A stretch of 7,761 nt of DNA from a virus (Duplodnaviria > Heunggongvirae > Uroviricota > Caudoviricetes): the IMG/VR virus record IMGVR_UViG_2869965101_000010. One strand, 5' to 3'. Numbering within the stretch: the first letter of the stretch is position 1; every line of letters starts with the position of its first letter. A program made the translations under genes and the position numbers. This document shows, in pieces, positions 1 through 6,474 of this stretch. The notes beneath the pieces are model-generated. The model was given only the letters and a program-made list of their open reading frames with translations, was not told the origin of the DNA and ran no database searches.

Positions 1-472
1 TTACACATCATTAGTACGTTCCTTATTTCTTGACTGGGACAAATTTGGGACCGATGGGTTCAGAATCGAGTCTATTTGCCGTGCGTGTTCGGTAAGGTGA
101 TTAGGTGCGAGGTGAGCATATCGACGAACCATTTCGATAGACTCCCAGCCTCCCATTTCCTGTAACACTGATAACGGGACTCCGGCCTGAACCAGCCAAC
201 TTGCCCAGGTGTGTCTCAAGTCGTGAAATCTGAAATCATCAATACCTGCTCGTCTCAGCGCCGCTTTCCAGGCTGTGTTTGCGTCATACCGCATCTTCCT
301 GACTGTTGGCGCTTTCGTTCCGTCTGGTTTGGTACAGCTTTCCTTATACACAAATACCCAACGGTGATGATTCCCGATTTGTTTTTTCAATACGCGACAT
401 GCAGTATCATTCAGCGCAACGCCAATTGCGCGGTTTGATTTACTCTCTTCCGGGTTTATCCATGCCACCCGG
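1..472 (-). pseudogene. int: tyrosine recombinase (P4-type phage integrase), C-terminal ~157 codons only; N-terminal part absent, IS600 abuts at 473
   Basis: ORF 1..504 (-) carries the tyrosine-recombinase catalytic region ([40 protein letters not shown]: H-x-x-R box and Tyr nucleophile). Stop codon TAA is at 1..3. The ORF's ATG and first ~10 codons (473..504) lie inside the IS600 terminal repeat, so they are not native. No integrase N-terminus is found to the right of the IS. Confidence 0.8.
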
Positions 473-515
473 TGAGGTGTACTGGCAATAGCGGACACTA
501 CCATTTGTTCTTTTT

Positions 516-1334
516 TTAAGCAGCCATCTGATGATATTTTTCCCTGAAGGCTGCCGGGGAGATATTCCCCAGACGAGAGTGACGACGCTGACGATTGTAG
601 AAAATCTCAATGTATTCCCGTATTACTGAGATGGCTTCATCCTGGTTATTAAAACGATAGTGGCTCAGGCTCTCATTTTTCAGCGTTCCCCAGAAGCTTT
701 CCATCGGAGCGTTGTCGTAACAGTGACCTTTACGCGACATTGATGTTTTCAGACCAGACTGCTCCTGTATGACCCGGTAATCGTATGCGCAGTACTGTGA
801 ACCTCGATCAGAGTGGTGGATTAGCCCGGCAGGTGGGCGCTGGCTCCTGAGCGCCATAAACAGGGCTTTACCTGTCAGCTCTTTTGTCATGCGCTCTCCC
901 ATGGCGTAGCCGACAATTTCGCACGTATAAACATCTTTGATGCCAGCGAGGTACAACCATCCCTCCTGTGTGGCAACATACGTCAGGTCCGCCACCCAGA
1001 CCTGATTTGGTGCTGTAGGAGCGAACGTCTGGTTCAGCAGATTTGGCGCAACTGGCAGATTGTGGTTCGGGTTCGTAGTCGCTCTGAACTTGCGTTTCTG
1101 CTTACAGCGTAGCCTTAGCTCCTTACGAAGACGTGCCAGTCGGTCACGACCAACGATGATGCCATTCTCTGCCAGCTCCGTCTGGAGCCGCCGGGTTCCA
1201 TATGTTTCGCGAGTGCGGATATGTGCCACCTTAATCTCCAGTTTTAGCCGCTCATCACTTTGTTTTCTGTCTGAGGGTTCATGCTGTACCCAGTTGTAAT
1301 AACCGCTCCTGGATACACCAAATACCTGACACAT
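516..1334 (-). CDS. IS3-family transposase OrfB (DDE/RNase-H-fold catalytic domain), 272 aa as called; probably made as an OrfAB fusion
   Basis: ORF track 516..1334 (-); translation contains integrase-core motifs (..WVADLTYV.., ..[10 protein letters not shown].., ..[16 protein letters not shown]..). Stop TAA at 516..518 lies just inside the right terminal repeat. Confidence 0.85.
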   Translation of the reverse strand: MCQVFGVSRSGYYNWVQHEPSDRKQSDERLKLEIKVAHIRTRETYGTRRLQTELAENGIIVGRDRLARLRKELRLRCKQKRKFRATTNPNHNLPVAPNLLNQTFAPTAPNQVWVADLTYVATQEGWLYLAGIKDVYTCEIVGYAMGERMTKELTGKALFMALRSQRPPAGLIHHSDRGSQYCAYDYRVIQEQSGLKTSMSRKGHCYDNAPMESFWGTLKNESLSHYRFNNQDEAISVIREYIEIFYNRQRRHSRLGNISPAAFREKYHQMAA

Positions 1335-1369
1335 CGCTTCAATGGGAAATTGTTGTCGCCATTGTTCGA

Positions 1370-1672
1370 TTAACGCGTATTTTTCAGCGACTCCTGTGCA
1401 AAATACGCTGTTGCTTTTTTTAATATATCTCGCTCAAGGCGAGCTTCATTTAACGCCTTACGCAGTTGCAGAATTTCAGATTCCAGTTCAGCCACCGTGC
1501 GGGAACCAGGAGTACCGAGCCCTTTTCTGGCGGCGGTAACCCATTGTCCTAAAGTGCCTTCAGGAAGGGATAATCGGGAAGCGCCTTCACTGATCGAAAG
1601 TTGATTTTCAAGAACCGTTCTGACAGCTTCGGCTTTGAACTCTTTAGAGTAACGTTGGTTTTTTCTGCTCAT
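1370..1672 (-). CDS. IS3-family transposase OrfA (HTH DNA-binding, leucine-zipper part), 100 aa
   Basis: ORF track 1370..1672 (-), MSRKNQRYSKEFKAEAVRTVLENQ...; typical IS3-family OrfA. C-terminal ...LKKATAYFAQ overlaps the A7G slippery run. Confidence 0.85.
   Translation of the reverse strand: MSRKNQRYSKEFKAEAVRTVLENQLSISEGASRLSLPEGTLGQWVTAARKGLGTPGSRTVAELESEILQLRKALNEARLERDILKKATAYFAQESLKNTR
1414..1421 (-). promoter_or_regulatory. programmed -1 ribosomal frameshift slippery site (A AAA AAA G) joining orfA to orfB
   Basis: Plus-strand C-TTTTTTT at 1414..1421 is A7G on the minus strand, in orfA codons TTA AAA AAA GCA (LKKA). A -1 slip lands in the orfB frame (coordinate mod 3 shifts from 1 to 2). 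This is the standard IS3-family OrfAB mechanism. Confidence 0.7.
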
Positions 1673-1733
1673 TATTAGCTCCTTCTGATGCCATTCTATT
1701 TCAGGAAGGAGTGTCCGTTAAACTCAGGCTACC

Positions 1734-1976
1734 TCAGCGGTTACCCTGGCGACGCGCCTTACGCGTTAACCAGCCTTCTGCTTCCAGCCGTGCGATAGCC
1801 GTTCTGACGGTACTCATCCCCGCGCCAATCTGACGGGCAATGGTTTCAATTGATGGCCAGCACACACCTTCGTCATTACTGAAATCAGCCAGGCGGGCCA
1901 TAATTGCCACGCTGGATAACTTCATGCCTGATGCAGCGCAACCATCCCATACATAGCCGGTTAATTTAGTGCTCAT
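1734..1976 (-). pseudogene. N-terminal winged-helix domain of a phage replication-initiator-like (lambda O-like) protein, truncated by IS600
   Basis: 80-aa ORF with an HTH-like segment (..WPSIETIARQIGAGMSTVRTAIARLEAEGWL..). GAGG Shine-Dalgarno 6 nt upstream of the ATG at 1976. Its stop codon TGA (1734..1736) is the first three bases of the IS600 end, so the reading frame is cut exactly at the IS boundary. The functional assignment rests on domain resemblance only. Confidence 0.45.
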
Positions 1977-1985
1977 GACCGACCT

Positions 1986-2324
1986 CTATTTCCCTGAATT
2001 TACGACGAAACTGTTCGAGCGGACTGAAGCATTCATGCTCATAACCTCCGCGGAGGTAGATAACCCGCTGTGTTTCCGGCTCCCAACGAATGACTCTGAC
2101 GGGCACTCCGTAGTGATCTTTGAACCAGCGGTTAACTTGTCGCAAAGGACTGTCTCCTTCTGCCGGTTGAAATCACCCACAGCCCACTCTGCAAAGCTGT
2201 GGGTTACAATTTCCCTGTCACCTGGTACATTCACTGCATAGCAATATTTCACCTTCGCTTTTCCACCCGGTACAGAAAGCGCAATCAGTTGCGAGCGACG
2301 GTAGTGTGTTGTTAAACTGTTCAT
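1986..2324 (-). CDS. hypothetical protein (112 aa), translationally coupled to the upstream CII-like gene
   Basis: ORF track 1986..2324 (-). Its ATG (2322..2324) overlaps the TGA of the upstream gene (2321..2323) as ATGA on the minus strand. GGAG lies about 10 nt upstream. No family recognised. Confidence 0.5.
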   Translation of the reverse strand: MNSLTTHYRRSQLIALSVPGGKAKVKYCYAVNVPGDREIVTHSFAEWAVGDFNRQKETVLCDKLTAGSKITTECPSESFVGSRKHSGLSTSAEVMSMNASVRSNSFVVNSGK

Positions 2325-2890
2325 GCGTTAGTTTCTCCACAACCAGAAGCAATCGACGCCACGACGCCCGGAGCTGCACACTCGCGGGCGTCATTACTTT
2401 CTGAAATGCAAAAAATTTTGTAGACAAGTGCTGCATGCTCCTGCAGCTTCGAAATTGAGAGATACAGCTCGTCGTTAATTGCTGTCTTCTCATGCGGTTC
2501 CACTACACCGTCTTCGATTGCTGAACGAATCTGTTTTGAATAACTGCCGATCTGTTCAATGACTTCCAGCAGACGCTGGTTAATATCGGCGTTGTCCACA
2601 TCCTCGATGTCAGGAAGAGACACAAAGACGCCATTTGCAGACTGCGCCACAGCATCAGCAATGAAGTGAGTGCCACCAGCACGCTGTAAAACCATTGCCC
2701 ATCCCAGCGGGAAAATCTGATCGCCATCTGCACGAAGGCGGTTGAATAAAGCGTTTTCTGTTACATCGAGCCAGTCAGCCGCTTCAGCGTAACCACCCGG
2801 CAACTTTGCGATAGTTTTTCTGACAGCTTTCACGTACCACTCAGGCTGTTTTTCTATTTTCCAGTGATGCTTACCCACGATTAGCCTCAT
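2321..2890 (-). CDS. phage early regulator, CII/YdaT-like (position and HTH-like segment); 189 aa if the first ATG is used
   Basis: ORF track 2321..2890 (-), immediately downstream of the cro-like gene, in the position lambda cII occupies. HTH-like stretch ..[20 protein letters not shown].. No good Shine-Dalgarno before the ATG at 2890; an in-frame GTG four codons later is preceded by GAGG, so the true start is uncertain. Confidence 0.5.
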   Translation of the reverse strand: MRLIVGKHHWKIEKQPEWYVKAVRKTIAKLPGGYAEAADWLDVTENALFNRLRADGDQIFPLGWAMVLQRAGGTHFIADAVAQSANGVFVSLPDIEDVDNADINQRLLEVIEQIGSYSKQIRSAIEDGVVEPHEKTAINDELYLSISKLQEHAALVYKIFCISESNDARECAAPGVVASIASGCGETNA

Positions 2891-2921
2891 CGTTCTGTGG
2901 TTAAAAATTGAAAGTGTTCTG

Positions 2922-3122
2922 CTAATCTTTCGGATAGATATCCGGTCTTAAGTCAGATTTCGTAATTGCACCTGACGTGCATTGCTCAAGTTTTTTAGCC
3001 AGCACAAAACTGGCTTTTTTATAGCCATTGAAAACCAGCCGTAAGTAGCCTTGTGTTGAGCCAACTTTTCCGGCCAACTCACCCTGCTGTTCTTTGGTTA
3101 AAGAGTCCCAATACGCTTTCAT
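2922..3122 (-). CDS. Cro-like small HTH protein (66 aa), first gene of the leftward early operon
   Basis: In-frame ATG at 3120..3122 (MKAYWDSLTKEQQGELAGKVGSTQGYLRLVFNGYKKASFVLAKKLEQ...) preceded by a strong GGAGG Shine-Dalgarno (reverse complement of 3133..3137) at 10-nt spacing. Divergent from the repressor gene with operators in between. The longer 167-aa ORF in the track is probably an upstream over-extension. Confidence 0.7.
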   Translation of the reverse strand: MKAYWDSLTKEQQGELAGKVGSTQGYLRLVFNGYKKASFVLAKKLEQCTSGAITKSDLRPDIYPKD

Positions 3123-3124
3123 AC

Positions 3125-3149
3125 AATATGTACCTCCAGCGTACATATT
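3125..3149. promoter_or_regulatory. operator site 1: perfect 9-bp inverted repeat AATATGTAC-N7-GTACATATT
   Basis: Read directly from the sequence. Overlaps the cro-like Shine-Dalgarno and start region. Core TGTAC-N7-GTACA is shared with site 2. Confidence 0.65.
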
Positions 3150-3176
3150 ACATGATTGAAATGAACCTTCACGATA

Positions 3177-3197
3177 CTTGTACCTTAGCGGTACAAG
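3177..3197. promoter_or_regulatory. operator site 2: perfect 8-bp inverted repeat CTTGTACC-N5-GGTACAAG
   Basis: Read directly from the sequence; core TGTAC-N7-GTACA. Its left half overlaps a candidate -35 (TTGTAC 3178..3183) that sits 17 bp before a TTTAAT -10 (3201..3206), which would give a near-leaderless repressor transcript starting close to the ATG at 3213 (lambda PRM-like). Confidence 0.6.
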
Positions 3198-3212
3198 GGT
3201 TTTAATTTCGTT

Positions 3213-3887
3213 ATGAAAACAATCCATGACATCCGGCGGTCTAACGCCAGAAAACTGAGAGATGGTGTTGGCGGGAATTCTTCCTTTGCCACTATGATTG
3301 ATCGCGAGCCAACCCAGACCAGCAGGTTTATGGGAGATGGTGCTACTAAAAATATCGGTGACAGCATGGCACGACACATTGAAAAATGTTTCGACCTGCC
3401 TATCGGATGGCTCGATCAAGAACACCAGACAACGAACATCACAAAAAAACCTGATGTTTCAATCACTAACAAACAAATAACGTTAGTCCCTGTCATATCA
3501 TGGGTACAGGCCGGAGCATGGAAAGAAGTTGGCTATTCTGAGGTTGATTTGAGCACAGCAGAAACTTATCCCTGCCCTGTACCCTGTGGCGAAATGACTT
3601 ATATCTTGCGGGTGATTGGTGATTCAATGATTGATGAGTACCGTCCGGGAGACATGATTTTTGTTGATCCTGAAGTCCCTGCTTGCCACGGTGACGACGT
3701 TATTGCGTTGATGCACGATACAGGCGAAACCACCTTCAAGCGATTGATAGAAGATGGAACACAGCGTTATCTCAAAGCATTACACCCAAACTGGCCTGAG
3801 CCCTACATTAAGATTAACGGTAATTGCTCTATAATTGGCACTGTGATTTTCTCGGGAAAACCAAGAAGATACAAAATAAAGGCCTAA
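3213..3887 (+). CDS. CI/C2-family prophage repressor with LexA-like S24 autopeptidase domain (224 aa), apparently intact
   Basis: ORF track 3213..3887 (+). The C-terminal domain aligns by eye with P22 C2 and lambda CI (..VISWVQAGAWKEV.., ..RVIGDSM.., ..ETTFKRLIEDG.., ..KINGNCSIIGTVI..). Predicted Ala100-Gly101 cleavage site, Ser138 and Lys176 at canonical spacing (37 and 38 residues). The N-terminal ~70 aa is HTH-like. Confidence 0.85.
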   Translation: MKTIHDIRRSNARKLRDGVGGNSSFATMIDREPTQTSRFMGDGATKNIGDSMARHIEKCFDLPIGWLDQEHQTTNITKKPDVSITNKQITLVPVISWVQAGAWKEVGYSEVDLSTAETYPCPVPCGEMTYILRVIGDSMIDEYRPGDMIFVDPEVPACHGDDVIALMHDTGETTFKRLIEDGTQRYLKALHPNWPEPYIKINGNCSIIGTVIFSGKPRRYKIKA

Positions 3888-3898
3888 TCAATATTTAT

Positions 3899-3922
3899 GA
3901 ACCTGCTTCGGCAGGTTTTTTT
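3899..3922 (+). terminator. intrinsic (rho-independent) terminator downstream of the repressor gene
   Basis: Stem GAACCTGC / GCAGGTT with TTCG tetraloop, followed by a T-run (3916..3922), beginning 12 nt after the repressor stop codon. Confidence 0.65.
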
Positions 3923-3926
3923 ATAC

Positions 3927-3959
3927 TTGACAATGTACCCCATGGACACACAATGTACC
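3927..3959 (+). promoter_or_regulatory. candidate sigma70 promoter (PL-like) flanked by two operator-like direct repeats
   Basis: Consensus -35 TTGACA (3927..3932), 16-bp spacer, -10 CACAAT (3949..3954). A 10-bp perfect direct repeat ACAATGTACC at 3930..3939 and 3950..3959 contains the same TGTAC half-site as the two operators and overlaps the -35 and -10. Confidence 0.4.
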
Positions 3960-4059
3960 AAAACGAAACAACAAACAGGCAGGATGCCCACGAAGTAGCC
4001 GCCTGGGGCATATGAAGTCCAAGATGATTCGTTAGCAACAAAACGCCCATAGGACGCTT

Positions 4060-4068
4060 CGCTCTTTA
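4060..4068 (+). promoter_or_regulatory. boxA-like element CGCTCTTTA (extended CGCTCTTTAACAA)
   Basis: Exact match to the boxA consensus of lambdoid nut sites and rrn antiterminators as recalled, about 100 nt downstream of the PL-like promoter. No convincing boxB hairpin immediately 3' and no N-like ORF follows. Confidence 0.35.
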
Positions 4069-4376
4069 ACAATTTGAATATTTTCAGCGTCAATGATCTG
4101 TTTAGCTCCCTACAAGTAAATGTAGCGTAGCACCATGATAAATCCTGCTAGTGTTTAGTTAAAAATCGCGCGAGAGCAAGAACGATGTGAGGGCAGGCAA
4201 TACTGATAGTGTTATTGCTATTAGTTTATCAAAAATATTTAGACGACCCAGATGAATATTTTTAATACATACTCCCCCTAATTTAACAGGAGTAAATGTT
4301 GATGAATAACGAGACATCTATACTCAACAATTGTATGATATGAACAATTATATAACATAATGTAGGAAAAATAAAA

Positions 4377-4511
4377 ATGGATTGGCATGACCTTATATCA
4401 AAGGTAATTATCGGACTTGTTACAGGCTCAATCGCAGCTTACTTAACTGCGCGATATGCACTCGGCCGTTATTATAAAGAAAAATGGTGGGACAAAAGAA
4501 TAGATTTGTAG
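4377..4511 (+). CDS. small single-pass membrane peptide (44 aa as found); C-terminus defined by the IS1 junction
   Basis: ATG 4377 with AGGA Shine-Dalgarno 9 nt upstream. Translation MDWHDLISKVIIGLVTGSIAAYLTARYALGRYYKEKWWDKRIDL has one hydrophobic helix and a basic/aromatic tail. The stop TAG (4509..4511) uses G4511, the first base of IS1. Not in the supplied ORF track (under 60 aa). Confidence 0.4.
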   Translation: MDWHDLISKVIIGLVTGSIAAYLTARYALGRYYKEKWWDKRIDL

Positions 4512-4565
4512 GTGATGCTGCCAACTTACTGATTTAGTGTATGATGGTGTTTTTGAGGTGCTCCA

Positions 4566-4841
4566 GTGGCTTCTGTTTCTATCAGCTGTCCCTCCTGTTC
4601 AGCTACTGACGGGGTGGTGCGTAACGGCAAAAGCACTGCCGGACATCAGCGCTATCTCTGCTCTCACTGCCGTAAAACATGGCAACTGCAGTTCACTTAC
4701 ACCGCTTCTCAACCCGGTACGCACCAGAAAATTATTGATATGGCCATGAATGGCGTTGGATGCCGGGCAACTGCACGCATTATGGGCGTTAGCCTCAACA
4801 CGATTTTACGTCACTTAAAAAACTCAGGCCGCAGTCGGTAA
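4566..4841 (+). CDS. insA: IS1 InsA (91 aa)
   Basis: ORF track; [91 protein letters not shown] matches IS1 InsA (zinc-finger/HTH). Confidence 0.9.
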   Translation: MASVSISCPSCSATDGVVRNGKSTAGHQRYLCSHCRKTWQLQFTYTASQPGTHQKIIDMAMNGVGCRATARIMGVSLNTILRHLKNSGRSR

Positions 4842-4885
4842 CCTCGCGCATACAGCCGGGCAGTGACGTCATCGTCTGCGCGGAA

Positions 4886-5263
4886 ATGGACGAACAGTGG
4901 GGATACGTCGGGGCTAAATCGCGCCAGCGCTGGCTGTTTTACGCGTATGACAGGCTCCGGAAGACGGTTGTTGCGCACGTATTCGGTGAACGCACTATGG
5001 CGACGCTGGGGCGTCTTATGAGCTTGCTGTCACCCTTTGACGTGGTGATATGGATGACGGATGGCTGGCCACTGTATGAATCCCGCCTGAAGGGAAAGCT
5101 GCACGTAATCAGCAAGCGATATACGCAGCGAATTGAGCGGCATAACCTGAATCTGAGGCAGCACCTGGCACGGCTGGGACGGAAGTCGCTGTCGTTCTCA
5201 AAATCGGTGGAGCTGCATGACAAAGTCATCGGGCATTATCTGAACATAAAACACTATCAATAA
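4886..5263 (+). CDS. insB: IS1 InsB (normally expressed as the InsAB' transframe fusion)
   Basis: ORF track 4886..5263, [46 protein letters not shown]...; matches IS1 InsB. Confidence 0.9.
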
Positions 5264-5278
5264 GTTGGAGTCATTACC

Positions 5279-5611
5279 CAGACGGCGTACCACACAGGAA
5301 AAGATCGCAATTGTTCAGCAGAGCTTTGAACCGGGGATGACGGTCTCCCTCGTTGCCCGGCAACATGGTGTAGCAGCCAGTTATTTCTCTGGCGTAAGCA
5401 ATACCAGGAAGGAAGTCTTACTGCTGTGGCCGCCGGAGAACAGGTTGTTCCTGCCTCTGAACTTGCTGCCGCCATGAAGCAGATTAAAGAACTCCAGCGC
5501 CTGCTCGGCAAGAAAACGATGGAAAATGAACTCCTCAAAGAAGCCGTTGAATATGGACGGGCAAAAAAGTGGATAGCGCACGCGCCCTTATTGCCCGGGG
5601 ATGGGGAGTAA
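5279..5611 (+). pseudogene. insC: IS2 insC remnant: first ~8 codons missing and an internal frameshift
   Basis: Track ORFs 5265..5477 (...[34 protein letters not shown] then out of frame) and 5426..5611 ([60 protein letters not shown]) are the two halves of InsC in different frames. Relative to canonical InsC (..[26 protein letters not shown].., from memory), about 4 nt (one CCAG unit) are missing near 5372. Confidence 0.7.
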
Positions 5612-6474
5612 GCTTAGTCAGCCGTTGTCTCCGGGTGTCGCGTGCGCAGTTGCACGTCATTCTCAGACGAACCGATGACTGGATGGATGGCCGCCGCAGT
5701 CGTCACACTGATGATACGGATGTGCTTCTCCGTATACACCATGTTATCGGAGAGCTGCCCACGTATGGTTATCGTCGGGTATGGGCGCTGCTTCGCAGAC
5801 AGGCAGAACTTGATGGTATGCCTGCGATCAATGCCAAACGTGTTTACCGGATCATGCGCCAGAATGCGCTGTTGCTTGAGCGAAAACCTGCTGTACCGCC
5901 ATCGAAACGGGCACATACAGGCAGAGTGGCCGTGAAAGAAAGCAATCAGCGATGGTGCTCTGACGGGTTCGAGTTCTGCTGTGATAACGGAGAGAGACTG
6001 CGTGTCACGTTCGCGCTGGACTGCTGTGATCGTGAGGCACTGCACTGGGCGGTGACTACCGGCGGCTTCAACAGTGAAACAGTACAGGACGTCATGCTGG
6101 GAGCGGTGGAACGCCGCTTCGGCAACGATCTTCCGTCGTCTCCAGTGGAGTGGCTGACGGATAATGGTTCATGCTACCGGGCTAATGAAACACGCCAGTT
6201 CGCCCGGATGTTGGGACTTGAACCGAAGAACACGGCGGTGCGGAGTCCGGAGAGTAACGGAATAGCAGAGAGCTTCGTGAAAACGATAAAGCGTGACTAC
6301 ATCAGTATCATGCCCAAACCAGACGGGTTAACGGCAGCAAAGAACCTTGCAGAGGCGTTCGAGCATTATAACGAATGGCATCCGCATAGTGCGCTGGGTT
6401 ATCGCTCGCCACGGGAATATCTGCGGCAGCGGGCTTGTAATGGGTTAAGTGATAACAGATGTCTGGAAATATAG
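5569..6474 (+). CDS. insD: IS2 transposase InsD (301 aa), intact reading frame
   Basis: ORF track 5569..6474; [34 protein letters not shown]... with DDE-type core (..WCSDGFEF.., ..WLTDNGSCY.., ..[19 protein letters not shown]..). Matches IS2 InsD as recalled. Confidence 0.9.

Larger units (their letters stand above)
473..1736 (-). mobile_element. IS600-like insertion sequence (IS3 family), complete, 1264 bp
   Basis: Imperfect terminal inverted repeats read outside-in as TGAGGTGTACTGGCAATAGCGGACACT (473..) and TGAGGTAGCCTGAGTTTAACGGACACT (reverse complement ending at 1736), giving IS3-family TG...CA ends. Contains a 100-aa orfA and 272-aa orfB in the -1 frame relative to orfA. The 1264-bp length matches IS600 from memory. 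Flanking triplets differ (CGG at 470..472 vs GCG at 1737..1739), so no clean 3-bp target duplication. Confidence 0.85.
4511..5278 (+). mobile_element. IS1, complete (768 bp)
   Basis: Ends GGTGATGCTGCCAACTTACTGAT... and ...GTTGGAGTCATTACC match the IS1 terminal repeats as recalled. Contains insA and insB with the A6C frameshift motif AAAAAAC at 4817..4823. No target duplication can be assessed because the right flank is IS2-internal sequence. Confidence 0.9.

Noticed and set aside
1969-2241. Plus-strand 90-aa ORF (GTG start) overlapping the minus-strand 112-aa gene
   Set aside because: It has no Shine-Dalgarno sequence, whereas the minus-strand ORF has one plus an ATGA stop/start overlap with its upstream gene. 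Treated as a shadow ORF, though the strand assignment is not proven.
2673-2680. Chi site (GCTGGTGG) on the minus strand
   Set aside because: A single 8-mer is expected by chance at this frequency in enterobacterial DNA, and nothing local suggests a role.
2218-2733. Minus-strand ORFs 2218..2493 and 2503..2733 in alternative frames of the CII-like gene and orf112
   Set aside because: They are out of frame with the translationally coupled gene pair and have no independent start signals.
2922-3425. 167-aa minus-strand ORF extending the cro-like gene upstream across the operator region and into the repressor gene
   Set aside because: The upstream part overlaps the divergent repressor CDS and the operators. 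The in-frame ATG at 3122 has a strong GGAGG Shine-Dalgarno, so the gene is called as the 66-aa product.
3884-4093. 69-aa minus-strand ORF (and plus-strand 63-aa ORF 3824..4015) over the repressor terminator and PL-like promoter
   Set aside because: Both run through the terminator hairpin and promoter and show no ribosome-binding site or recognisable protein features. Judged to be chance ORFs.
5614-6045. ORFs antisense to or overlapping IS transposase genes (5614..6045 -, 5642..5935 +, 5257..5538 -, 5381..5581 -, 4939..5229 -, 4537..4749 +, 1060..1299 +, 1342..1539 +, 211..438 +, 306..491 +)
   Set aside because: All lie within well-supported transposase or integrase coding sequence in another frame or strand. 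Standard shadow ORFs.
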